Positions 20,268 through 28,870 of a stretch of DNA of 64,000 nt are shown piece after piece (within the stretch, counting starts at the first letter, position 1; every line of letters begins with the position of its first letter). The notes under the pieces are model-generated. The model searched no databases and was not told the DNA's origin. It was given only the letters and a program-made list of their open reading frames with translations. The stretch is from the NCBI GenBank assembly GCA_041690395.1, contig JAWLHJ010000001.1, forward strand, positions 128,001-192,000. The letters are read 5' to 3'. This stretch comes from Longimicrobiales bacterium. GTDB lineage: Bacteria > Gemmatimonadota > Gemmatimonadetes > Longimicrobiales > Gaopeijiaceae. Both the position numbers and the translations under genes were made by a program.

Positions 20268-21497
20268 ATGCGCATCGCCGTGATCGGCAGCGGAGTATCG
20301 GGACTGGTGACCGCGTACCTCCTGCACGACCGACACGACGTGGTCGTCTTCGAGGCCCGAGACCGCATCGGGGGGCACACGCACACGGTCGTCGTTCCGG
20401 ACATCGACGGCCGACTCCACGCCGTCGACACGGGCTTCATCGTCTTCAACGAGACGAACTACCCTCTCTTCTCGCGGCTTCTGCGAAGACTCGGCGTCGC
20501 ATCGCAGCCGTCGGACATGAGCTTCAGCGTACGGTGCGACGAGACGGGCCTCGAGTACAACGGCTCGACCCTTCGACAGCTCTTCGCCCAGCCCACGAAT
20601 CTCCTGCGTCCGAGCTATCACCGGATGCTACTCGACATCCTGCGCTTCAACCGGACCGCGGAGCGCGACCTGGAGGCGGGGCTGGGCGATGAGACCCTCG
20701 GCGACTACCTGGCCCGTCACCGGTTCTCGAGGCGTCTCGCGCGTCACTACCTCGTTCCCATGGGATCCGCGCTCTGGTCCACTCCGCCCGGAGAGGTGCT
20801 CGAGATGCCGGTCGCCTTCTTCGTGCGCTTTTTCAGCCAACATGGCATGCTGACCGTGGACGACCGGCCGGAGTGGCGCGTCGTCCGCGGAGGCTCCGAC
20901 CGTTACAAGGAGGCGCTCGTGGCATCCTTCCAGGATCGAATCCGGACGTCGTGCCCCGTGCGGAGCGTAGCACGCCGGGAGGATCACGTGCTCGTGGACG
21001 GGGAGCGGTTCGATCATGTCGTGCTCGCATGTCATTCCGACCAGGCGTTGGCCATTCTCGACGACGCAAGCGCGCCCGAGCGGGACATCCTGTCGGCCAT
21101 CCAGTACCGGTCGAACGACGTGGTACTGCACACGGACACTTCGGTCCTTCCCCGTCGGAGGAGGGCCTGGGGCGCGTGGAACTACCGCATCCCTCCAGGA
21201 GTGTCGGGCGCGCCCCATGTCACCTACGACATGAACCTTCTCCAGGGAATCGACGCTCGGAGCACCTTCTGTGTGTCGTTGAACACGGAGGACATAAATC
21301 AGGATTCTATTTTATTTCGTGATCGATACGCACATCCGCAATACTCCCTGAAAGGATTCGCGGCCCAGGGGCGGTATGACGAAATCAGCGGCCGGGACCG
21401 TACGCATTACTGCGGCGCCTACTGGGGCAACGGGTTCCATGAGGACGGTGTCCGCTCCGCCGTGCGGGTCGCTGAAGGCTTTGGGGTGACATTCTGA
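20268..21497 (+). CDS. FAD-dependent oxidoreductase (amine-oxidase fold, UfaD-like)
   Basis: GAGGAG RBS; IGSGVSGL, RIGGHTHT, VDTGFIVFNETNYP, GAYWGNGFHEDG. Confidence 0.92.
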   Translation: MRIAVIGSGVSGLVTAYLLHDRHDVVVFEARDRIGGHTHTVVVPDIDGRLHAVDTGFIVFNETNYPLFSRLLRRLGVASQPSDMSFSVRCDETGLEYNGSTLRQLFAQPTNLLRPSYHRMLLDILRFNRTAERDLEAGLGDETLGDYLARHRFSRRLARHYLVPMGSALWSTPPGEVLEMPVAFFVRFFSQHGMLTVDDRPEWRVVRGGSDRYKEALVASFQDRIRTSCPVRSVARREDHVLVDGERFDHVVLACHSDQALAILDDASAPERDILSAIQYRSNDVVLHTDTSVLPRRRRAWGAWNYRIPPGVSGAPHVTYDMNLLQGIDARSTFCVSLNTEDINQDSILFRDRYAHPQYSLKGFAAQGRYDEISGRDRTHYCGAYWGNGFHEDGVRSAVRVAEGFGVTF

Positions 21498-22249
21498 ATA
21501 GCGCGCTCTATTTCGGGACGATCCGACACCGGCGCTTCGAGCCGGTGCCCCACCTATTCGCCTATCCGCTCTTCATGGTCTACCTCGACCTCGACGAGCT
21601 CGACGAGGTGTTCGAAGGGCGTCTGCTCTGGTCCACGCGACGACCTGCCGTCGCCTGGTTCCGGCGCGCGGACTATCTGGGCCGCCCCGACCGCCCACTC
21701 CGGGACGAGGTCCTGGACAGGGTGGCGGCTTCCGGCCGGGCCAGACCCCGTGGTCCCGTGCGCATGCTCACGCACCTGAGGTATCTCGGCTACGCGCAGA
21801 ATCCGGTGACGTTCTACTACTGCTTCTCCGCCGAGGACGACGGGCGAATTCAGGCGGTCGTGGCCGAAGTCACGAACACTCCATGGGGAGAGCGGCACGC
21901 CTACGTCGTCGACGGTCCCGACGGAGGTCCCGTGGCCCCCTTCGCACGCTTCCCCAAGGCGTTCCACGTGTCGCCGTTCATGCCCATGGAGCAGCAGTAC
22001 CGTTGGCGGTTCTCCGCGCCCGGCGCCGACCTGGCCGTGGACATGGAAAGCGTGGAGGACGGACGGCGCGTGTTCGACGCAACGCTCCGAATGACACGCC
22101 GCCCGATCACCGGCCGGTCCCTGGCCGGCGCCCTGGCCCGTCATCCGTGGATGACGGCCCGGGTCGTGACGGCCATCTACGCCCAGGCGTTGCGGCTGTG
22201 GCTCAAGCGTACGCCCTTCTTCGATCACCCCAAGCATCGGGACTCATGA
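21494..22249 (+). CDS. DUF1365 family protein (UfaO-like), probable CTG start
   Basis: NSALYFGTIRHRRFEP N-terminal motif, NPVTFYYC, AEVTNTPWGERHAY, KAFHVSPF. Confidence 0.88.
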   Translation: MNSALYFGTIRHRRFEPVPHLFAYPLFMVYLDLDELDEVFEGRLLWSTRRPAVAWFRRADYLGRPDRPLRDEVLDRVAASGRARPRGPVRMLTHLRYLGYAQNPVTFYYCFSAEDDGRIQAVVAEVTNTPWGERHAYVVDGPDGGPVAPFARFPKAFHVSPFMPMEQQYRWRFSAPGADLAVDMESVEDGRRVFDATLRMTRRPITGRSLAGALARHPWMTARVVTAIYAQALRLWLKRTPFFDHPKHRDS

Positions 22250-23544
22250 CGGTCATTCAGAACCTCGCGGAGCGGCTGGTGCGCTCCCGCCTGAACCGCC
22301 TCACCACCGGAAGGCTCACGCTGGAAGGCTCGAGCGGCATCGAGGCGTTCGGACCGGGCGGCGACCCCGAAGCCCACATCCGCGTGCACGAGCGCTCGCT
22401 CTTCCGGGCGTTGGCGTTCGGCGGTCACGTCGGCGCGGGCGAGGCCTATATGGACGGGGCGTGGTCGACCGACGACCTCACGGCGGTCGTGCGGCTCTTC
22501 CTCCGGAACCGCGACGTGTTGGACGGTCTGGAAACCGGGTGGGCGAGGATGGCCGCTCCGCTCAGATCGGTCGCCCACGCCTGGAACCGCAACACCCGGC
22601 GAGGCTCCCGGCGGAACATCCAGGCCCATTACGATCTGGGAAACGACTTCTTCGCGCTCCTCCTGGACGAGACGCTCACCTACTCGGCGGCGCTGTTCGA
22701 GGGCGAGGCGCGCTCGCTGGCCGAGGCCTCCGAGGCGAAGTACGATCGCATCTGCCGCAAGCTGGGGCTCGCGCCGGAGCATCACGTGGTCGAGATCGGC
22801 ACCGGATGGGGAGGCTTCGCGATCCATGCGGCCGGGCGATATGGATGCCGCGTGACCACGACGACCATCTCGCCGCGTCAACACGAGGTGGCCGTCGAGC
22901 GGGTGCGGGCGGCGGGGCTGTCCGACCGGGTCGAGGTCCTGCTCCGTGACTACCGCGATCTTCGGGGAAGCTACGACCGGCTCGTCTCGATCGAGATGAT
23001 CGAAGCGGTCGGGCACCACTATTTCGGCACCTTCTTCGAGCGTTGCGCCGCGCTGCTCCGCCCGGACGGACTCGGTACGATCCAGGCCATCACCATCCAG
23101 GATCGCTACTACGAGAGCGCTCGCCGGGAGGTCGACTTCATCAAGCGGTACGTCTTCCCCGGGAGCTGTATTCCGTCCGTCTCGGTCCTGACCGGAGCCG
23201 CCGCGCCGACCGACCTTCGCCTCGTGCATCTAGACGACATGACGCCGGACTACGCCGAGACGTTGCGCCGTTGGCGCACCCGGTTGTTCGAGCGGTGGCC
23301 GGAGATTCGCGCGCTAGGATTCGACGAGCGCTTCAAGCGCCTGTGGGACTTCTATTTCTGTTACTGCGAGGGGGGCTTCGACGAGGCCGTCCTAGGGAGC
23401 GTGCAGCTGACCTTCGCCAAGCCCGACGCGCGCGTGCCGGTGCCGCTGCTGCGCGGTGCGGACGGCGGAGGGGCGGCTCTCCGTCGCGGCCCACGACTCG
23501 AGCCGAACCGTGAGGTGCGTGCTTCCCGGGAGGCGCGCGCGTGA
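22246..23544 (+). CDS. Cyclopropane-fatty-acyl-phospholipid synthase family methyltransferase
   Basis: ATGA overlap; NIQAHYDLGNDFF, EIGTGWGG, SIEMIEAVG, FIKRYVFPG, YFCYCEGGF. Confidence 0.95.
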   Translation: MTVIQNLAERLVRSRLNRLTTGRLTLEGSSGIEAFGPGGDPEAHIRVHERSLFRALAFGGHVGAGEAYMDGAWSTDDLTAVVRLFLRNRDVLDGLETGWARMAAPLRSVAHAWNRNTRRGSRRNIQAHYDLGNDFFALLLDETLTYSAALFEGEARSLAEASEAKYDRICRKLGLAPEHHVVEIGTGWGGFAIHAAGRYGCRVTTTTISPRQHEVAVERVRAAGLSDRVEVLLRDYRDLRGSYDRLVSIEMIEAVGHHYFGTFFERCAALLRPDGLGTIQAITIQDRYYESARREVDFIKRYVFPGSCIPSVSVLTGAAAPTDLRLVHLDDMTPDYAETLRRWRTRLFERWPEIRALGFDERFKRLWDFYFCYCEGGFDEAVLGSVQLTFAKPDARVPVPLLRGADGGGAALRRGPRLEPNREVRASREARA

Positions 23545-24626
23545 GCAGCGTCGGCATCGCGCTGGCGGAGCGTGGCGTGCTGCCGCTGTCGGTCCTTCGT
23601 TACGGCGTCCGCCGCCTGCTGGACGCGAGGCTGCGGGAGATCGAGACGGCCCCCCCGATGAAGGACTTCATCGCCATGCTGGAGGCCAGTCCGCTGGCGG
23701 TGGAGACGGACGCGGCCAACGAGCAGCACTACGAGGTGCCTGCCATGTTCTTCGAGCATACCCTCGGACCAAGGCTCAAGTACAGCGGTGCGTACTGGCC
23801 GGAACACGTTTCCAACCTGGGGGCCGCGGAGGACGCGATGCTGGAACTCACCGGCAAACGCGCTGAGCTCGAGGACGGCCAGGACATCCTGGAGCTGGGC
23901 TGCGGCTGGGGGTCCCTCACGCTCCACATGGCCCGTCGCTTTCCGAACGCACGTATCACGGCCGTGTCGAACTCGGCGTCCCAAAGACGCCACATCGAGA
24001 GCCGTGCTCCCGCGAACGTGCGGGTCGTGACGGCGGACATGCGCGACTTCGCGCCGAGTGGCCTTTTCGATCGTGTGGTGAGCGTCGAGATGTTCGAACA
24101 CATGCGAAACCTTCCCGAGCTCATGCGGCGTATCTCCGGGTGGCTCCGGCCCGAGGGCAAGCTGTTCGTGCACGTGTTCTGCCACCGGACGCACTCCTAC
24201 CTGTTCGAGACCGAGGCGTCGGACGACTGGATGGGCCGCTACTTCTTCACCGGGGGGATGATGCCGGCCTACGACCTGCTCCCTTCCATGGACGCGGACC
24301 TGCGGGTGGAGGAACAGTGGGCGGTGGACGGGACGCACTACGCCCGCACCGCCCGCGCCTGGCGTGAGAACCTGGAGGCGAAGAGAGCCGCGGCCATGCC
24401 GGTGTTGGACCGGACCTACGGGGCCGACGCGGAGCGGTGGTTCCAGCGTTGGCGACTGTTCTTCCTCGCATGCGAGGAGCTTTTCGGATACCGGGAGGGC
24501 TCGGAGTGGCTGGTGGGACACTACCGCTTCACGCGCCGCGTCGATGTCCCGGACCGTCCAGGCTCCTCAGCCGAACACGAGGAGGCTCGCTCCCCAGAGA
24601 ACCAGCACGCCCCCCACAGGGCGTGA
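23541..24626 (+). CDS. Second CFA-like SAM-dependent methyltransferase
   Basis: ANEQHYEVP, LELGCGWGSL, SVEMFEHMRN, WMGRYFFTGG. Confidence 0.92.
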   Translation: MSSVGIALAERGVLPLSVLRYGVRRLLDARLREIETAPPMKDFIAMLEASPLAVETDAANEQHYEVPAMFFEHTLGPRLKYSGAYWPEHVSNLGAAEDAMLELTGKRAELEDGQDILELGCGWGSLTLHMARRFPNARITAVSNSASQRRHIESRAPANVRVVTADMRDFAPSGLFDRVVSVEMFEHMRNLPELMRRISGWLRPEGKLFVHVFCHRTHSYLFETEASDDWMGRYFFTGGMMPAYDLLPSMDADLRVEEQWAVDGTHYARTARAWRENLEAKRAAAMPVLDRTYGADAERWFQRWRLFFLACEELFGYREGSEWLVGHYRFTRRVDVPDRPGSSAEHEEARSPENQHAPHRA

Positions 24627-25169
24627 CAGGGCCGGGCCCACGGGCGTCGCCGTTTCCAGGAACATGACGGCGATCATCACCCCCATCATGCGGAGGTCCA
24701 TGGCGCCCACGACGAGCGCCAGGGCCATGATCGCCCAGCAGCAACCGAGGCAGAAGAGGCCGTGGCGGAGCCCCATCTCGAGGGCACCCCGCAGCCCCGA
24801 ACGCCACCGGGACACGAAGTAACCCATGGGGCTACGGCAGTGGTCCAGACAGGCGTGCTTGAGCCGGGAGAACTGGAACGCTCCAGCGGTGAGGAGCGCC
24901 AGGCCGGCCAGGGCGGGAGCAGAGACCGACAGAGGCGTGCGTGCCCCCGTGGTGGCCAGGGCGACCTGAGCCGCAGCCATGACTCCGCTGAAGGCGAGCC
25001 AGGCACCCCCATACCCCAGAGAGAAGGCCGGGATGGTCGCCCGGGAAGCGCCGCTCGGAAGCGCGCGATGGAGCGCCCGGAGCCACGGCCAGACAACGGG
25101 GGTCATCATCACCGCGCTCATTCCGGCCCACATGGCCAGAACCGTCGGATAGGTGCCGCCTCCGCTCAA
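24567..25169 (-). CDS. DUF2182 family metal-binding integral membrane protein
   Basis: TTG start overlapping upstream TGA; MWAGMSAVMMTP, LKHACLDHCRSP, GLFCLGCCWAIM. Confidence 0.85.
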   Translation of the reverse strand: MSGGGTYPTVLAMWAGMSAVMMTPVVWPWLRALHRALPSGASRATIPAFSLGYGGAWLAFSGVMAAAQVALATTGARTPLSVSAPALAGLALLTAGAFQFSRLKHACLDHCRSPMGYFVSRWRSGLRGALEMGLRHGLFCLGCCWAIMALALVVGAMDLRMMGVMIAVMFLETATPVGPALSRPVGGVLVLWGASLLVFG

Positions 25170-25771
25170 GCGTGCCAGTCGAAGCGTGACCAGAGGCCGT
25201 GCGTCCCCTCGGTCTGGATGAGGAGGTCTCCGTCGTCGTAGCGGGAGGTACCCCGGGCAATGACCTGATGCGGTGCGTGGATCTGATTGTAGATGTTCTC
25301 GAACACCACGGGTTGCGTTCGATCCCGTCCGCGGATCGCCTCCACGACGGCCTCCAGCAACCCCGGGATCCCCACCTTCTTCCGGGTCTCGCTTTCCTCG
25401 ATGCGGATGGGCACCGATCGGGTGGGGAGCCAGTCGTCGACGAAGCGCGCCAGGACTTCCCAGGGTCCGCCCAGCGTCCCCTTCAGTACGGCCTCCAGCG
25501 CGGTGCGCTGCGCGTCGTCCGCATCGTCCGAAACGAGAATCGCCTCCCGCCATCCACCGTCGATCATGACCTGCGGGCTCTCGTAGACCACCACGGCATC
25601 GACCCCGTCCAGCCGAACGTCCCCCACTGCGCCCTCCTCGACACGGATGGCCCAGAACCCGCGACACGTCTCATGGGTGCAGGGCTGGCTGAAGTGCACG
25701 TGACCGGGGCAGACGGTCGTACAGTTGCAGTTCTCGAACAGGAGGCCCTTGGCCCACCAGCCCTCAGCCAC
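25166..25771 (-). CDS. DUF1326 family protein
   Basis: FENCNCTTVCPGH..PCTHETC Cys/His cluster; IDGGWR..DAQRTALEAV..GGPW. Confidence 0.85.
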   Translation of the reverse strand: MAEGWWAKGLLFENCNCTTVCPGHVHFSQPCTHETCRGFWAIRVEEGAVGDVRLDGVDAVVVYESPQVMIDGGWREAILVSDDADDAQRTALEAVLKGTLGGPWEVLARFVDDWLPTRSVPIRIEESETRKKVGIPGLLEAVVEAIRGRDRTQPVVFENIYNQIHAPHQVIARGTSRYDDGDLLIQTEGTHGLWSRFDWHA

Positions 25772-26237
25772 CCGCCGGCTCCGGTCCGTCCACCTTCTCC
25801 AGCGCCACGGCGTTGATGCAGTACCGGAGGCCGGTAGGAGCCGGCCCGTCGGGGAAGACGTGCCCGAGGTGGGCGTCGCAGACATTGCAGACGACCTCGA
25901 TGCGGCGCATGCCGTGCGAGCTGTCGTCGCGGTGCGCCACGACGTTGTCCGCGACCGGCTGCGTGAACGAAGGCCAGCCGGTGCCGGACTCGAACTTCTC
26001 GCCTGCGTCGAAGAGCACGGTTCCGCAGCACACGCAGGCGTACAGACCCGGCTCGAACCTGCTGCACATCGGCGAGCTGAAGGGTCGTTCGGTGGCCTGC
26101 TGCCGGGCGACCCGGAACTGCTCCGGGGTCAGGCGCTCCCGCCATTCCTCGGGCGTGCGCTCGACTCGACGGGGCGGCGCGGGGGCCCCCGCGTCAGCCA
26201 GCCGTAGCACTTCCTTCCAACTCGCGACGATGGTCAT
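25764..26237 (-). CDS. msrB: Peptide-methionine (R)-S-oxide reductase
   Basis: TERPF, SGTGWPSF, HLGHVFPDGPAPTGLRYCIN; AGGAGA RBS. Confidence 0.97.
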   Translation of the reverse strand: MTIVASWKEVLRLADAGAPAPPRRVERTPEEWRERLTPEQFRVARQQATERPFSSPMCSRFEPGLYACVCCGTVLFDAGEKFESGTGWPSFTQPVADNVVAHRDDSSHGMRRIEVVCNVCDAHLGHVFPDGPAPTGLRYCINAVALEKVDGPEPAGG

Positions 26238-26349
26238 GACGTCCTCTCCTGGGGCGGCACTGGGTTCGGCCGACGTACGAAGGTAATCTGTGCGGACGAC
26301 GGCCCGTGGACCACCCATCGCACGCGGTTGTACCACCGAGGGCAGCGAT

Positions 26350-26372
26350 ATAGAATTCGACATCTATTCTAT
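26350..26372. promoter_or_regulatory. Inverted repeat, probable TetR operator
   Basis: ATAGAAT-N9-ATTCTAT between divergent msrB and tetR, 13 bp before the tetR ATG. Confidence 0.65.
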
Positions 26373-26385
26373 TTGGAGCACGAGC

Positions 26386-27312
26386 ATGGACGACGAGACG
26401 ACGACGGCCCACGTGAATCCGCCTCGACAGGCCCGCTCCCGGCGGACCCTAGAGCGGATCGTGCGCGCGGCACTCGCCCTGCTCGACGAACAGGGTCCGG
26501 ACGGCCTGACCGTCCAGGCCGTGGTCGCGCGAGCCCGGTCCTCGGTCGGGTCGTTCTACGCGCGCTTCAAGGGAAAGGAAGAACTGCTCGAGTATCTGGA
26601 GGAGCGCGTCTGGGACGAGGCCCGCGAGCGCTGGCAGGCGCAGCTCGCCGAGCGCGACTGGTCTTCGTTATCGCTCGAGGAGGTGGCACGCGGTTCCGCG
26701 CGTCTGCTCACCGACGCCCATAGGTCGCGTGCCATCGTTCTGAAGTCCCTCGACCGCATGGGGGCTGGAGGCGGCGAAGGGTACGCCTCGTTCCGCCGGT
26801 TCGTGCTGCAGGCCCTCGCGGAGCTCCTCCTGAAGCATCGCGACCACATTCGCCACGCGGATCCGGATATCGCGGTCCGACTAGCACTTGCGGCTCTGAG
26901 CGGAGTGGTCGAGACCGGAGATCCGGAAACCGGCGAGCACTTCGAGCGGGACGTGACCATCCGGGAGGGATCGACCCTGGTTCTCACGTACCTCACGGGA
27001 GAGGCCGGAGCCGCGGAGGCACGGGAGCCGGTCGTGCGGTCCACCGAGACCGTCCGGTCGACGCCGGTTCCGGAGCCCCCGGTAGGGGAAGAGGGCGGGG
27101 TCGAGCCTGCGGCCGGCAGGTCCGAGGCGGTGGAGGCGCCCGAGGGGGTGGAGGCGCCCGAGGGGGTGGAGGCGCCCGAGGCGGTGGAGGCGCCCGAGGG
27201 TCCGGAGGCAGTGGCCGCGACGGGCTCCGAGACGGGGCGTGGGGCCGAAGACCGCGACGACAGCGGAGAGGAGGATGAGGAGGACGTCGACTTCTTCGAC
27301 GTCTGGGGTTGA
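26386..27312 (+). CDS. TetR family regulator with long acidic C-terminal tail
   Basis: PRQARSRRTLERIVRAA..TVQAVVARARSSVGSFYARFKGKEELL; GGAG RBS. Confidence 0.92.
   Translation: MDDETTTAHVNPPRQARSRRTLERIVRAALALLDEQGPDGLTVQAVVARARSSVGSFYARFKGKEELLEYLEERVWDEARERWQAQLAERDWSSLSLEEVARGSARLLTDAHRSRAIVLKSLDRMGAGGGEGYASFRRFVLQALAELLLKHRDHIRHADPDIAVRLALAALSGVVETGDPETGEHFERDVTIREGSTLVLTYLTGEAGAAEAREPVVRSTETVRSTPVPEPPVGEEGGVEPAAGRSEAVEAPEGVEAPEGVEAPEAVEAPEGPEAVAATGSETGRGAEDRDDSGEEDEEDVDFFDVWG
27124..27195 (+). repeat. 18-bp tandem repeat x4 within the TetR tail
   Basis: GAGG(C/G)GGTGGAGGCGCCC four times, encoding E(A/G)VEAP. Confidence 0.95.
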
Positions 27313-27331
27313 GCCGACGCCTCCCAATCCG

Positions 27332-28225
27332 TTACGCGTGTGGCTTGGTCACACCAGGCTTCACGCCTTCGAAGTGCGCTCCGTAGATGCCCTCCGCGAA
27401 GCGACGGAGTTCGGCTTCGGTACCGGGATTCTCCGCGATGACGCGACGCACCCCGGGATCCCCGAGTAGATGCTCCGCCGGATACCGGCGCTCGTCCGAG
27501 ATGCGCACGTCGGCGAAGCCGGCCGCACTCAGCTGCTCGAGATAGACGTCCCGGCTGATCGGCAGGCAGGCCGCCACGGCGTCGAGGTTCCCCCGCAGGA
27601 CCTCCGGCGGTTGCACGTCCGATACCATGTCGGAGATCGCGAAGCGGCCTCCCGCGCGCATGACCCGCAGCATCTCGGCAAGCGCTCGCGACTTCTCGGG
27701 CACGAGGTTGAGCACGCAGTTCGAGAGCACGACATCGACCGACGCGTCGGGGAGGGGCAGCGCCTCGATCTCTCCGAGGCGGAAGTCGACGTTGTCGAAC
27801 CCACCGCGCCTCGCGTTCGTCCGCGCCTTCTCGAGCATCTCGGGCGTCATGTCGACACCTATCACCCGGCCCGTCGGGCCGACCCGGGGGCTGGCCAGGA
27901 AGCAATCGATGCCCGCGCCGGAGCCGAGATCGAGTACGGTCTCGCCGTCCCGGAGTCCCGCGATCGCGGTGGGATTCCCGCAGCCGAGGCCCAGGTTGGA
28001 CCCTTCCGGTAGACCGGCCAGGTCGGCATCGGAGTAGCCGATGGACCTGCTCACGCTTTCTGCCGTGTCGCCACCGCCCTCTCCGCCGCAGCACCCTCCA
28101 TCGCAGCAGCTTCCCTCCTCCGAGGCCACCCGGGCATACCGTTCGCGGACCACCCGTGTCACGGCCGCCGCATGCTGCGTCAGGCCGACCTCGCCCCCGA
28201 TCGGGGCTTCCGTCACGTTCTTCAT
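27332..28225 (-). CDS. arsM: Arsenite S-adenosylmethionine methyltransferase
   Basis: N-terminal CC..CC, NLGLGCGNP, DLGSGAGIDC, GVDMTPEML, SNCVLNLVP. Confidence 0.93.
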   Translation of the reverse strand: MKNVTEAPIGGEVGLTQHAAAVTRVVRERYARVASEEGSCCDGGCCGGEGGGDTAESVSRSIGYSDADLAGLPEGSNLGLGCGNPTAIAGLRDGETVLDLGSGAGIDCFLASPRVGPTGRVIGVDMTPEMLEKARTNARRGGFDNVDFRLGEIEALPLPDASVDVVLSNCVLNLVPEKSRALAEMLRVMRAGGRFAISDMVSDVQPPEVLRGNLDAVAACLPISRDVYLEQLSAAGFADVRISDERRYPAEHLLGDPGVRRVIAENPGTEAELRRFAEGIYGAHFEGVKPGVTKPHA

Positions 28226-28237
28226 GATTCCTCCAGG

Positions 28238-28256
28238 TAGTTGCCTATGGCAACTA
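28238..28256. promoter_or_regulatory. Operator copy upstream of arsM
   Basis: TAGTTGCC-TAT-GGCAACTA perfect inverted repeat next to the arsM RBS. Confidence 0.85.
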
Positions 28257-28279
28257 ATGAGTGAAAAAAAACCGCCCGT

Positions 28280-28801
28280 CTACCGGACGACACAGCAACT
28301 TCCTCCCTGGACGTCGACCCTCCGCGCGAAGGCCGAACCGAGACGTTCCACGACCCGGACGACCGACGCCCTCGCCTCCGGAGCCAGATCCGCAAGCATG
28401 TCGCGATACTCCTCGAGAAGGTCCGACGCGATCGCCTGGTGGACGGCCCTGCCGCGCGCCGTGGCGACGAGCCGGACGACTCGCCCGTCGGCGGCGTCCG
28501 CCTCGCGCGCAACGAGCCCCCGCTCCACCAGGCCGCGGGCGACGCGGCTCACCGTGCTCTTGTCGAGGAAGAGGTGCGCCGCGAGCTCGTTCACGGTCAG
28601 CCCGTCGGCGTCCACGATTCCCTCGAGGGCGTAGCACTGCGTCACGCTCAGGTCGTGGCAGCAGGCGCGGTCGCGGTCCCGGAACTGAACCACTCGGACC
28701 AACTCGCCCAGCGCGTCCGTGAACGCCCCGACATCGCGATCGAGCGCGTCGGAGGCACCTGTTTCGGTGCCTGACGCCGTGGACGGGAAGATAGTTGCCA
28801 T
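28280..28801 (-). CDS. MarR family regulator, Cys-rich
   Basis: RACCHDLSVTQCYAL, LTVNELAAHLFLDKSTVSRVARGLVERGLV..DGRVVRL; C-terminal SCC. Confidence 0.92.
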   Translation of the reverse strand: MATIFPSTASGTETGASDALDRDVGAFTDALGELVRVVQFRDRDRACCHDLSVTQCYALEGIVDADGLTVNELAAHLFLDKSTVSRVARGLVERGLVAREADAADGRVVRLVATARGRAVHQAIASDLLEEYRDMLADLAPEARASVVRVVERLGSAFARRVDVQGGSCCVVR

Positions 28802-28811
28802 ACGCAACTAT
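28791..28811. promoter_or_regulatory. Operator copy overlapping the marR start codon
   Basis: ATAGTTGC-CATAC-GCAACTAT, same core as 28238-28256. Confidence 0.85.
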
Positions 28812-28870
28812 GCCATGGGTGGGGCGGTCCGTCAAGGGGGGCCGGGTCCGGACCCGGGACCGGCCGCCCC

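Noticed and set aside
27124..27195. Direct repeats as possible CRISPR
   Set aside because: No spacers, in-frame coding tandem repeat, no cas genes.
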